A stretch of 64,000 bases of DNA from Octopus sinensis (lineage: Eukaryota). The stretch lies in the NCBI RefSeq assembly GCF_006345805.1, contig NC_043014.1:496001-560000 (forward strand), in the 5' to 3' direction. Below the pieces are notes generated by a model. It searched no databases and had not been told where the DNA came from. It was given only the letters and a program-made list of their open reading frames with translations. The position numbers and the translations under genes were made by a program. This document shows positions 26,110 through 38,689 of the stretch, piece after piece (position 1 is the stretch's first letter; every line of letters starts with the position of its first letter).

Positions 26110-27265
26110 TGACTATTGGCTGTAAAGCGCTGTGCCCACAATATATTGCTACACAGATGGCTTTCTGCTGTGCAGCAAAATCTAGCACTTAAACACTGCA
26201 GCAGTGTAAAACCACTCCTGCAGTGATCTCTCAGGAAGATGCAGAACACTTGGTGGCAGGATTTTGCTCGTGATGTTCAGGCTGCTGCTGATGCAAATGA
26301 CAGCAAGAAGCTTTACCATCTTATGAAGCAAGTTTATGGGCCTAAGAGCTCCTTTGCTTTCCAAGGAGTTTTCTACTCGATTTACTAAATCAACAGAAAC
26401 CACAGGATTGAACACTTCTCTGAACTCTGAAACAACGAGTCAGTTGTGGATGAAACAGTGATTGATGCTATGCAACAAAGACCCATCATTGGCTCCTTAA
26501 ATTCTACACCCTCAATAGATGAGGTAATAACCTCAATAAGTAAATTGAATCTTGGTAGGGCACCTGGAAAGGATGGAATTTGTGCTGAGGTCTTGCGATT
26601 TGGTGGTAATTGCATCACACAGTCCCTTCATGAACTTATTAGTGCAGTCTGGAGGGATGGTGCAATCCCTAAGGACTGGAAGGATGCAATTATTCTACCT
26701 CTATATAAAGGAAAAGGAGCCAGAACAATGTGTGGTAACTACAGAGGTATTGCTCTGCTATCAGTTGCTGGCAAGATTCTGGCAAATATTCTTCTTACCC
26801 GTCTGAATGGGTGTCATGTAAATGATGTCCTATCTGAATCTCAATGTGGCTTCCAATTTGGTAGAGGGACAATGGATATGATTTTCACAGCAAGACAGAT
26901 GCAGGAGAAGTGCTATGAGCAGAATATGGATCTTGTCCAGGTATTCATTGATTTAACTAAGGCCTTTGATATTGTAAATAGAGCCTTTCTATGGAAAATA
27001 CTTGGCAAACTTGGATGTCCGGATCACTTTGTATCTAAAATTAAATTATTCCATGATGGGATGGAGGCTTGAGTCAACGGGACCCATTCCTGTAGAGAAT
27101 GGTGTCAAGCAGGGTGACATCCTTACCCCAACACTCTTTTCTTTGTACTTTGCTGCTGCTTTTACTCATACTTTTGCTAAGGTTAGCTCTCTGAGAATAT
27201 ATGTCAGATATCGATCTGGCTGCCTCTTCAATCTGCAATGATTTTCTGCCAATTCAAAAGTTTGC
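26110..27265 (+). mobile_element. RTE (BovB-like) LINE RT fragment
   Basis: ORF 26446-27072: RAPGKDGI, WKDAIILPLYKGKG..CGNYRGIALLSVAGKIL, ESQCGF..GRGTMDMIF, FIDLTKAFD; followed by GVKQGD. Confidence 0.9.
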
Positions 27266-27439
27266 TGCCACCCCTCCAGCATCTTTCATACATATATCAC
27301 TGCATATCCCTCCACTTCCGTCTTCACTCCAGGGATTAGAGTCTTACCTCTTTCAGTCTCTCCCAGTAGCCAAGTTGTTCCATTGATGCAATCTTCCTCA
27401 TGTAGTATCTCTGAACTGCCTCCTATTAATCCTACAGTG

Positions 27440-27860
27440 TAAGGTGACCATAGTTGAAAGCAGTATTCTAGATGGCTGAGGACAAATGTCCTTCACAGGA
27501 CCAGCATAGTTTCTGGTTCCTTGTTCTGAAGGTTCTCAGAATCCACCTGCACAATGCCACCATCTTGGTAACATGCATGTGAAATGAGGCATCGTTGCTC
27601 ATATCAATCCCCAGATAATGCACCATATGTGATTCTAGGATTTCCACTAGTTTTGGTCCAAAGTATTGTTGTTGTGACTTCTGAGCACCAATTAGCTGGT
27701 AGTGGAGGGCTTGGAATTTGGCTACATTAAATTGCATGTTGTCCTCAGCCCATATATATATATGGCTTCTAGATCTCTCTGTAGAAGATTAGCATCAGAA
27801 GGTTCCTTGACTGCTTGTACTACTTTTGTATTGTCAGCATAGCTAGTAAGTGTGGCTATC
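27440..27860 (-). mobile_element. CR1-group LINE fragment
   Basis: AEDNMQFNVAKFQAL...LGIDMSNDASF...WILRTFRTR. Confidence 0.8.
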
Positions 27861-27938
27861 TGTGTAACTCATGGCCACACCTGTCTTTGTCTTTTGTTAT
27901 TTTTGTAAATTCCAACTATATGTATATATACATATACA

Positions 27939-27987
<49 letters not shown>

Positions 27988-28000
27988 GTGTGTGTGTATG

Positions 28001-28043
<43 letters not shown>

Positions 28044-28089
28044 AATACATGTTTATATATGTGTATATATAATTATATATACATGTTTA

Positions 28090-28134
<45 letters not shown>

Positions 28135-28166
28135 GTATATATATACATAAATATATATATACACAC

Positions 28167-28200
<34 letters not shown>

Positions 28201-28390
28201 CAAACAAGAAAATGGAGAAACAATTTAATTGGTTCATCAGCTTTTGGATATTAGAATGTTGACTTATTTATTTATTTAACAAAAACGAGAACCTTAATAA
28301 CATACATACATACAGAATAATTCAATAGATATAAGATAAGAATACAATTATAAAAATCTTAATATAAACAATTGAAATCATTAAAATCAC

Positions 28391-28513
28391 TCTTACAGCT
28401 GTTTCAGCCTATGGAAAAAAGTATTTTTTCAATGCCTGCAGTTGTCAATTATATTGAGGTTGTAGGCATTTAAAAATAGGGTACTTATATATAACCATAG
28501 GCCTCGTCAGAGA
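28391..28513 (-). ncRNA. type I hammerhead ribozyme with ~100-nt structured stem II
   Basis: Minus strand: tct-CTGACGA-ggcctatgg...[aatgcct...aggcatt hairpin]...ccataggct-GAAA-cagctg-TA-aga. 9-bp stem II base; same family as 61020. Confidence 0.75.
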
Positions 28514-29700
28514 TTATAAAGAACTTAAAAAATATAAATACATGAAACAGGATACATGTACAATTTAATATATATAAATATAAACAAATATCCATATATA
28601 CATACACACACATATATATATATATATATACATACATAAGCAAAGTATATACACCTTTACATGTGTATAAATACATAAATAAGCACAATTAAACCATAGG
28701 TCCAAGCAAATAGACCATTTGTCATATACATATATACTGGAACATATACGTCCATGCTCATGACTACATAAACAATATTTAATTGTTGCTAATATAATTA
28801 TTATTATTATTATTATTATAATATTTATTATTATTATTATTATATTTATTATTATTATTATTATTATTAATATTATTGTTATTATTATTATTATTATTAT
28901 ATTTATCAATAATAACAATATTATTAGATTTAGAGTAATCTTCACTTCACAATACATATTATAATAGATTCCAATATATCATATATTGCAATACAATGTA
29001 AACAATTCATTACTGTAGATTAAATTTTATAAATTTTAAAGCCACAATCAATACAAAACAGATATATATATATAAACATACATTTAGACCAGGGTTGTTA
29101 CAATATTGTTCTTCTTCATACACACAAGTCCATGCATATGGGCAACAAAAAGAAGCAACATGTACATATATATACATACGTACAAACATACATCAATATC
29201 TATATGAGGATTTTTTTCTTCTTATCGTCACAGTTAAATTATATGTTTATCCATCGAATTAATATGATTTCACAGAATATTTTTACAGAATATTTCATAA
29301 TAAGAAAACGTTTGTTAAGATATAATAGATAAGCTATAAGAGCCATGTTATATGTTATATATTAATATTTTAGAGTTTTAAAACTATTGGGAGATAGGGA
29401 GTGATTGTTTTTAATCATAAGTTATATCTAATTGGTTAACAAATTTGAATTTCTACATCTCAGCTACGGTTAGTTAATAGAAGATCGAATGATAAGTAAA
29501 TAAACCGTGTTAATCTCTCATAGTCACATTTATATCCTTAAATTAACTTTCAAATATTAATCGTAAACAAAGAATTCTTATAATAAGCAATATAAGTGTC
29601 AGTTAATACATGAATATTTATCTACAAAGTTTAATAAAGCATATAAAAATTCAACCATGTTATATAAATTTTATATATATGTATATACACATATAGACAT

Positions 29701-29731
<31 letters not shown>

Positions 29732-29849
29732 CACATATACATATATATAAATACATATCACATACCACAAACGTATATCCATTGATATCCCTTAGTGGGT
29801 TGGATCCATAACCCCTAACTTACTTGGCGGTATATTTATATATATATAA

Positions 29850-29891
<42 letters not shown>

Positions 29892-29892
29892 G

Positions 29893-30050
29893 ATTCTTTC
29901 AGTTTCCATTTACTGTATCTACTCAAAAGACTTTGGTTAGGTTGGAGCTATAACAGAAGACACTTGCCCAAGGTGCCATGCAGTGGGACTAATGCTGTAA
30001 CCATGTGGTTGAAAAGCAAACCTCTAACCATAGAGCCATGCCTGGGCCTA
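29893..30050 (-). mobile_element. tRNA-head SINE 5' part
   Basis: Reverse-complement homolog of the 18350 SINE head (ttctttcagtttcc...gaagacacttgcccaaggtgccatgcagtgggact). Confidence 0.7.
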
Positions 30051-30230
30051 CACACATTTTCATTATGTTATGTAAAAGACAGTTTCTTTTTCACACTTGT
30101 GGTATTAAATAAATTGCCATACTTCCTATTCTTTATTGTACACAAACTAAACACTCCCTAATACAGTTCTATATTTGAGAGATGAACGGATTATTTACAT
30201 TATTTACATTTGACGGATATTTGTCCTCAT

Positions 30231-30467
30231 CTTGTTTGTTGTTAACACGTTTTGACTGATATACCCTCCAGCCTTCATCAAGTGTCTTGGGGAAATTTCA
30301 AACCTGGGTTTTCATTCCTAAGGTATTTTTCGTTGCTGTTGTTGTTATTATTATTGTTACATTGAAAAATACCTTAGGAATGAGAACCCAGGTTTGAAAT
30401 TTCCCCAAGACCTTTGATGAAGGCTGGAGAGTATATCAGTCAAAACGTTGCGTTAACAATAAACAAG
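30231..30467. repeat. ~100-bp-arm inverted repeat, each arm with a decayed hammerhead-like motif
   Basis: Arms 30231-30331 and 30364-30467. Both read TTGATGA-aggctggagRgtatatcagtc-AAAAcgt, a core with C3>T and G12>A. Confidence 0.7.
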
Positions 30468-30534
30468 AAATGTAAATGATAAACACTCCCTATTGTAATT
30501 ATATACATATCTACATCCTTGGTATATATATATA

Positions 30535-30574
30535 CTAGTAGCTTAAAAGCTACCATACTGGGCAGCTTTTAAGC
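30535..30574 (-). mobile_element. Helitron/Helentron-type 3' end
   Basis: Minus strand hairpin gcttaaaagct-N12-agcttttaagc followed by taCTAG|T. Confidence 0.45.
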
Positions 30575-30927
30575 AACTGACCCTGAATGGGAAGATCTGC
30601 AAACAGGTCTCTGACTTGTTTTGGAGAATTCGTTGCAGTTGCTTCCTCCAGAGTCATATCCAAATGATGATCATATCCGTCACAAAGAATCATGTAAAAA
30701 AAAATGCCGAAAACAATCGCAGTAACGAAAACATAGGAATCTAAAGTCTCTGGATTTGGCCCAGAATGTTTTTAATTTACTAACTGAGTCAGCCTCATTC
30801 CAAAATGGTGGGATATGTTGTAAAAGTGTGACACACTTTTATTATATTAGATTTGTTTCGCTTTGGGGAAACGTTATTTCAATTAAAGTGTATTTTGTGT
30901 GTGTGTGTATATATGTATATATATATT

Positions 30928-31131
30928 GGCGTTAGGAAGGGTATTTGGCGTTAGGAAGGGCATTTGGCGTTAGGAAGGGCATTTGGCTTTAGGAAGGGCA
31001 TTTGGCTTTAGGAAGGGCATTTGGCTTTAGGAAGGGCATTTGGCTTTAGGAAGGGCATTTGGCGTTAGGAAGGGCATTTGGCGTTAGGAAGGGCATTGGC
31101 ATTAGGAAGGGCATTGGCATTAGGAAGGGCA
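30928..31131 (+). repeat. 18-19-bp G-rich minisatellite (ggcgttaggaagggcattt) x about 11, running into a (GAT)n-tailed element
   Basis: Direct reading. The last unit continues as ggaagggcatccagctgtagaaac...gatgatgat to about 31263. Confidence 0.9.
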
Positions 31132-33169
31132 TCCAGCTGTAGAAACACCACCAGATCTGACTGGGCCTGATGAAGCCTTCCGGCTTCACAGACCCCAGTT
31201 GAACCGTCCAACCTATTCTAGCATGGAAAACGGACACTAAACGATGATGATGATGATGATGATACATATATATATATATACAAATTAAAGAAAGCAAAAT
31301 ATAAAACAGATAGTGTTCAGTCTGTTGGCCACAGGAATGTCTATCAAAGAGATATGGTTAAACAAAGTTGTACATCATCTCCCTCTTCCTCTCTCTCTTA
31401 TTATTACTCCCACTGCCACCATCAATACTACTACTTTTAAAACATCAACTCTCCCTGAATTTCTTTGTCTCTTTCTCTCTCTCTCTCTCTGTATTGTCTT
31501 CGCCACTGCCCCCACCATCTCTATGCTTACTATTACTCTCACCCCATCATGAGGAATAGTAGGAGTGTCATTGAATTGTAAGAGAGGGGGTCAAATTGTG
31601 ACTCAATGACACACAGGAATTAGTTTTCGCATTTTTATATTAGATGTAGAGTATACACTTCCTGTGTTATATACACACCATCATCTCTCTACTCCACCGC
31701 CCCCTTAGTCCATAACAATAAAACAAATGTGTCTTTTAACCAAACCACTGCTTATATCACATTCATAGTTAGACATGGTGAGCATGGGGGTGGGTGGGGT
31801 GGAGTGAAGAGGGTTGTAAACCCTCCACCCCACCCCCTCTGTCAACTCACTGCATATATAATTATTCAATTTTTATTTTAATTCTTTGTTTACCACAGCT
31901 AACTAAACAACCAATGGTGGATCTATTTTAATAACTGAGATCTCCACCACAATTGAAATCTTGTTTCCATGTATCTCATATACATATTTCGTGTTCATTT
32001 TTGACATTTTCAAGTGCTCGGTTCCTTTAGAAGTGTAGAAAATTAAAGTGAACAGCACAGAGATGAAGTACTTGCCAGTCTCCCGTTTCATTTCCTGCCA
32101 ACTTCAGATAAATTTCTTCCGTACAAGGAAACACACAAATTGTGAGTACAGAGTTAAAAAATAAAAAATACCCAACATTGATACAATGAAAAGAGTTCTT
32201 TAAATGATATTGGTAGAAAATAAGGTGTGGATCATATGCTGTAAAAATGGATAGAAATGTTTTCTTGTTTTACAAAGTCAACTGTATAATTTGTAGTGTA
32301 GAAAGTGTTTGTATATATCGGGTAAATTAGAAGGGTGGTGTATATAAATTCTTGTTTATAACTATAAAGATAACGATTCTAGCAACGAAGAACAAAAAGC
32401 AGAAAATGTAAAATGAAATGGGTAGGAATTAACAAATGACAAATGCAGGATCTTCTTCAGGTTAATGTGTGCCATGTTTTGTCTGATTCTATTCAGTTGA
32501 GGCTAAACAAGGGCTTGTGTTAAGTGAAAAGGTATGTGAGAGAGAGAGAAAGAATTTCTTTATTCACCATAAGGTTGAGAAAAAGAGTGTGCGATACGAG
32601 GACAGACAAAACAAACATTGGGGTCAGGGGATCGAATGAGACGAAAATTATGAATAAACAAACAATTAAAATATATACAATTAAATGAGAATGAGTGATT
32701 AAGAAAAAAATGAAGCGGAAGATGAGAGAGAGAGTGAGAGAGTGAGAGAGAGAGCTAAGTAAGAGTAAGTTGCTCATGGTTGCTGCTATGTCAAGACATT
32801 GCTACGTGACCCCAGCAATGAAACTGTAACGATGTCAGCAGGTAAACAAGATCCCTCTCCTCCTTCACTTCCCTCATTATCATCATTGTTATTGTTGATT
32901 GGCAGGGAAGCAGTGATTGATATAATGAATATGTGAAATTCCTAATGGCCAAGAGGTGATCAGAGACTCCACACCTGCATATTGTAAAATAAAAAATGAG
33001 AGTTCTGTGCATGCAAGAGTTCTTGTGTTTGAATGGCCCAGTTGCAAGATCGGAATTATAGCAACTTCAGCCAGAAATCTAGAACTGCTGGCACTCTTCA
33101 ATAATAATGAAATTATTGTATACAGTGCTCAGGTGCTCCACAACTTGTCAAAAGTGCATATAAAGCATA

Positions 33170-34625
33170 TGCAGTAATGTACAAATGTCTGGGAAGTGAA
33201 CAGTGTATGAGTCAGATACATGCTTGTGTGTGTATGGAGGGGAGAAAATCAGGTGTAGTGTTGGCGAATCTCAGAAAGCATGGAAGTTTTGAAGGATGCA
33301 GTGCTCCGACAACTAACAACTGATGCCGGCAGTTTGTTCAGCAACTCTTAACGTGAAAAAATGTTTCTGAAAGTCATGGGAGCTGTGCTGCTTTCTGACT
33401 TTGTAAATATGTCCACGGGTGTTGAGTTTCAGACACCCCTTGGTCACTTTTTTTGTCAAACCCACAGTAAACTGGAGATTGGCTTTGTAGAAACCTGTAA
33501 ATATTTGGGTGATCAGGATTGTCTAGAGGAAGAGGCAGAGCCAAAGGTATTTGCTGGGCTCCCTAGGCTGATGAGATTGAGGTTGTTTGTGGAACTTGTA
33601 GGAAAGAAATGAGCAGGGATGTGATTCGAAAGGGCAGATATTCTAGGGGCGAATGACTAAGTGTGGAGCCTGGTAAGGGTAGGGTGTATACAGCAATGGG
33701 GATGCTGGTCAGTGGAGAAGTGGGGGAGGGGTTGTGAGTGGATGCTGTATTGTTGGGGAATGTTAGGGAGGAATTGAAGGAATGGAAAGACAAGAGGCAC
33801 AAAAATGCATGAGATCAGCTAGATCTGCATAGCAGAGATCATTACAGAATTGGTAAAAATGACAAAGGGAAGACACAATACATATGTCTGTGTGGGCAGG
33901 ATCTGTAGTGAGTCTGTGAATGATTTTTTGCCAATCAATAAATGGTCCTTTTCTGGATGTGCTCAATGATTTCTATACAGCAGTAGCAGAAGTAGTAGGG
34001 CCCCAGCTGTGGGCCTCATCTCAATTCTGTAGAGGATTAAATTATTGTGTAGCAGTAAAGACAAAAACCAACTGTTGGGAGGTAGTCCTAGCAATGTTAA
34101 TCATATGTTGACCCTAGAAGAGATCCTCAATGAAAGTGTGACCCAACATTTGTAGCAATTGTGAGGGCTCTAGTTGAGTGCTCCTCATGGTTTAGGGGAT
34201 GTGGTGCAATGATGTTTTCTTGATAGGAATGCTGCCTGTTTTTATTTGCTGTCAAAAGAGAGAAGAATGGCCTGGCCCCACTGGAAGATGCTTTTGAGGT
34301 TTCTGTTTCTGGCATCAGTGTGGGTTTGGTGTGTGGTGTCTGGGGTGGGAGTGGATGGTTGGGGAATGTTACGGAGGTATTGAAGGGTTGTGTCATCTGT
34401 GTAAGAGTAGGGGTCGTGGAATGTTGTGGCAATATAAGTCATAGATGTAGAAAGGGAAGAAAGTGGGGGAGAAAACTGAACCATGGGGCATGCCAGAGTC
34501 AGTAGAAAGAGGGACAGAAAGAACGAGATCCACATATGCCATGGCCATATGATCCAAGAGATGAAAGATGAACAAAGCCCATAGGCAGACTGATTTGATG
34601 GCAGATTTGCAAGCCAGGCACACTT
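33170..34625 (-). mobile_element. composite of decayed LINE pieces (RT-like, possible endonuclease-like, CR1-type 3' end)
   Basis: 34120-34620: SGMPHGSVFSP...YSYTDDTTL (RT motifs). 33170-33420: RGHIYKVRKQHSSHDFQKHFFTLRV (CR1 C-terminus). The middle part is only tentatively APE-like. Confidence 0.6.
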
Positions 34626-35344
34626 GAGAGCTTTCCTTATACGATGAGTAACATTAAAACATATAAAATGAGGAAATCAGGTGATGTGGTACACTGATAC
34701 TTGGAGTAACATAATGGCTGAAGTTGTTTAGATTCAGATTTAGCTTGCATCATATGAGATAAAATCATCTTAAGATCCAGTCAATGTGTGTGTGTGTGCA
34801 TGTGTAATCATCATCATCATCATCATAACCACCACCATCATTTAACATCTGTTTTCCATGCTGGCATGGGTTGGATGGTTTGACCAGTTCCTGCAAGCCA
34901 CAGGTCGGCATCACGCTCCAATGTCAGCTTTGCCATAATTTCTACGGGTCGGTGCTGCTCCAAATGCCAATCCCTTTATTGAATGTCCTGGCAGCTCGTT
35001 CCATTACCAAATAACGTGCAAGACAGAAAAAGGAAAGGTAAAAGAACCCTTAACTAATGGTAAGTATTTGAGATGGGGGAAGTGTCTTTAGACCAGGTGT
35101 GGTGAGGTTAAACTATGACTGGAGGACAATTATAAGTGTTTTGCTATAGAAGAGATACATGGCTGCCTCATATCAGGGTGTGAGTAGCTGGGAAGAAGAT
35201 AATAAAGTTAGTAGTGATGGAGTACAAGAGAAAACACAAGGGAAAAGAGTATATATGTATTTATGTATGCATGCATCCACCTATCCATCCATCTGTTCGT
35301 CAATCCGTCCGTCCGTCCGTCCGTCCTCCATTCCATCCATCCAT

Positions 35345-37521
35345 CTATCTATCTTTCTCTGAAGAACAAAGCAATTCAAAGAGTCTTAACAGTTCTATGT
35401 TGTTCTTGTTCTTGTAGTCGACATTAGGAAAACTTTGTAAATGTTTGGCTATCTCAGAACTGTTATTGCTGTTTATCAGAAAAATCTTTCCAGTTTTCAG
35501 TTTTCGGTTTTTCATAATTTCCACGGCATATTTCGTTTCAGATAAAATATCCTTGGAATAAAAGATTCCAATATGGCAGCTGTCTTCCATTACTTTATTA
35601 ACATTTACCATTTTTCCTATTCCTAGAGTGAAATCAGAGTCTCCGTAGCTAGTTTGCAATCCAAAATATGTCCCCAAACTCTCTGCTAGATGTTTAGCAT
35701 CACCATTATCACTTTTGGATGTTAAAATGTAGACATCATATTGAAAGAAAGGAATCTTTGATGAGCCAACACTACCTGCTTTGTGTTCAGATTCTTGGGA
35801 ATGGCCAAAGCAAAGTTTGTAATATTTTTTGAAAATTATCGTAGCTACCTTCTGTCTCTTTCCATAGAACTCTTTAGCATATTGAAGATAAATTGTTTTC
35901 CTCAGGTCGACATCAATTTCACTTTGTTGACAACCAGAAAACTCTAAATGGAGAAAAGCTTGTTGAAATTCCTCCTGTCGGCATAACAATCGTAATTTTT
36001 GTGAAAGTTCATTTCCACCGCATTCTTTGAGAAGTTTTGGGAAAATTCCCCCCTCATCAGGCAATTCTTTTATAGACTGAATTAATTTCATTAGATTACT
36101 TTTGTATTCGGTGTCAGCAAAGTTATAAATTCTTTCCATTATCTTTTTGATTTCCCAAATTTTTTTCTGTCTTTTATTGAGCACCAGAATCTCAGATAAA
36201 TGATTGATGGCACAGACAAACATATCCGTACCAACATCTATTAAATCTTGTTTCTCTTCTTCACTTTCTTTTTTGTCAGCCAGAAAAAAACAAAATTTTC
36301 CATATTGAATGAAGTATTTGATTTTGGTGTCCCAAATGTTCAAAACTGAAAAGTCAATATCTTCAAAACATTTCATCGCATTTTCATATTCGCGCACACT
36401 TCTGTATAACAAGGCTAGGTCATACATGACAGGTATATTCCGAGGATCCAGACTGTAAGCTTTTTTAAGATGGTATTCAGCCTTATCCACATTTTCATTT
36501 CTTTCAATATCAGGTATTCTCTCAGGACATTTTAATATTCGTTTTTCTACTTTTAATTCTTTTAGTTCTTCTGTTTCACAATTGGAGAAGGGTAATTCTT
36601 TAACGCACAAATCTTTGTATTCAGGAATTTGATTTTTATAAATAGTACCAAGACGATGATGTGAAAGTGAGGTCTCATTTCTTTTAATAGCTTCCTCTAG
36701 CAATTTCTGTGCATCTTCATACTTACCTATCGATAAATAGAAAGTAGCACTTTTTTCCATTACAAATCGGTCTTGGGGAAACATACTACAAGCCCTCTGG
36801 AAATATTCAATTGTTCTTGGAGTACGTATATGAAGAAATGGATGATTCTCAAGAGAGCCTAGCAAGCCAAAGTTTTAGCCATTAGATGATCATTAACATA
36901 ACAAGGATAATTAGAAGTAATTCTTTGAAGAATTTCAGTAGCTTCCTTTGAAGATTTTTCTATCTTTTCTTTATCATATAATATCCTCATCCTACGATAA
37001 ATTAGCAGAGCCAGGCGAAAAAGCCAAAAGTAATTGTTTGGGCAAACCTGAAGAGCTTCTTTGAAAAGTTCAATGGCACGTTGATAATGGTGAAAAGATA
37101 TTCTAGAAATGCAACAGGCAATTTCAGCTTTACCTCTCGCTTCCAATGAAGGGAAATTGGGGCTGCTTTTTAAAGTGTTCAGTTTGTCCAGCACTCTATC
37201 GACTTCAGGGAAATTTTCATAATGCACGAACATTAACGCTTGGTTTGTTAATGCCAACAAGTTATCCGGATCTTTTCCCAGTATTTCAATGGAGATTTCC
37301 TTGGCCAATATTTGCTCATGTAAAGTCCAAAGGAGGAAGACTTTAGCATGTTGGTTGCAAATTTCTTCTTGTAAATCAAGCAAAATCTCATTTCTTAAGG
37401 CATTTTCAACTTTTTGCAACTTGGCCTTAAGTGCATTCACTTTAAGGTTAAAACATTCTTCCAGCATGTTTGGAAATTCTTCAACTTTTATCCTGTAAAA
37501 TTTTATTTTTTCATCAGAGTT
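35345..37521 (-). CDS. TTC22/IFIT-like TPR protein with C-terminal TIR-like domain; large terminal exon with one frameshift at about 36862
   Basis: Polypyrimidine acceptor ttttcttttctttacccag| (exon starts at 37521, phase 0). TPR motifs DPDNLLALTN, ARGKAEIA, YQRAIELFKEALQVCPNN, AEYHLKKAYSLDPRN..YDLALLY. C-terminal YDVYIL.S..D...GL....DSDFTLG....N...MEDS..I...S resembles TIR boxes 1-2. Adding one T (gct-ttg-cta) fuses the ORFs into about 725 aa. Confidence 0.8.
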
Positions 37522-37661
37522 CTGGGTAAAGAAAAGAAAAAAATGTTAAACCTGTGTTACATCCCACTGTATTAATATTGTCATTATACAAGTGAGATTA
37601 ACTGCTAGAGGGGCATGAGAGGGGGAGAGGGGAAGAAACATGGGGGGGGGGAGTAAATGTG

Positions 37662-37713
<52 letters not shown>

Positions 37714-37735
37714 AATTGAAAGAAAAGATGTTCAC

Positions 37736-37822
37736 GTTCTGGTAAGGGAGAGAAATGGTCTCCACCTGGAATAGACTTTGCTTCTCTTTTCTTTTTGTAA
37801 TGTAACCTGCTGCTTCTTTTCC
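37736..37822 (-). CDS. possible upstream exon of the TPR-TIR gene
   Basis: ttcattgcag| acceptor; open phase-0 frame GKEAAGYITKRKEKQSLFQ(VETISLPYQN). Only weak donors (gtggag or gtgaac). Confidence 0.3.
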
Positions 37823-37870
37823 CTGCAATGAAGATAACGACAAAATGTTTCCCTTCGCCTCTTCTAATTG

Positions 37871-38215
37871 TCATCATCATCATCATCATCGTTTAACGTC
37901 CGTGTTCCTTGCTAGCATGGGTTGGACGATTTTGACTGAGGGCTGGCGAACCAGATGGCTGCACCAGGCTCCAATCTTGATCTGGCAGAGTTTCTACAGC
38001 TGGATACCCTTCCTAATGCCAACCACTCTGAGAGTGTAGTGCGTGATTTTTATGTGCCACCGGCACAGGTGCCAGTAAGGCGACACTGGTAACGATCACG
38101 CTCGAATGGTGCCCTTTACGTGCCACCAGCATGGAAGCCAGTTGGCTGCTCTTGCAACGATCACACTCGGATGGTGCTCTTTGCACCCCGCTAGCATGGA
38201 TGCCAGTCATCGAAT
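37871..38215 (-). mobile_element. (GAT)n-tailed SINE/RTE-like element
   Basis: (cat)n cgtttaacgtccg...ttcctaatgccaaccactc...gtgccacc, with internal cacRctcgRatggtgc repeats. Confidence 0.75.
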
Positions 38216-38689
38216 TTGATTTCATGCAGAAATATTACTTATACCTGTATTCCACCAAGGTTGACTTTGCCTTTTATCCTTTCGTGGTTGATTAAAAGGT
38301 ACCAGTTGAACATTGGGGTCAATGCAATTGACTTCTCCCTTGTACCAATGTTTGAAACCAATATTGTTTACACCTGTCAAATCCTCAAATGTCTACAAAA
38401 GTTTTCCCGTCTGTTGTTTGACATCTCTAAAATAAGGTGTAAAACAGCAATTTACACAATTTAATCAAACAGAAAAGATGAGACAACCATGTGACAAGCA
38501 ACAGGTATGTGGATTCGGTTTCCAATCTTGAGTAACCACAGGAGGAAATGGTCACTCACAATATTCCCGACGTAAAGAGTTTGTGAAGAAAAGGAGGATC
38601 TAGGGAAAGTGAGTAAAAGAGAAAATGCAAGTGGAGAAAACTAAGAAATATACAGTGAACGTGTGCGAGATTGGAGTGCATGTGGAATG

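Noticed and set aside
30928-31131. CRISPR-like or telomeric array
   Set aside because: No unique spacers, no cas genes, eukaryotic context. The unit derives from a retroelement motif and is not a (TTAGGG)n run.
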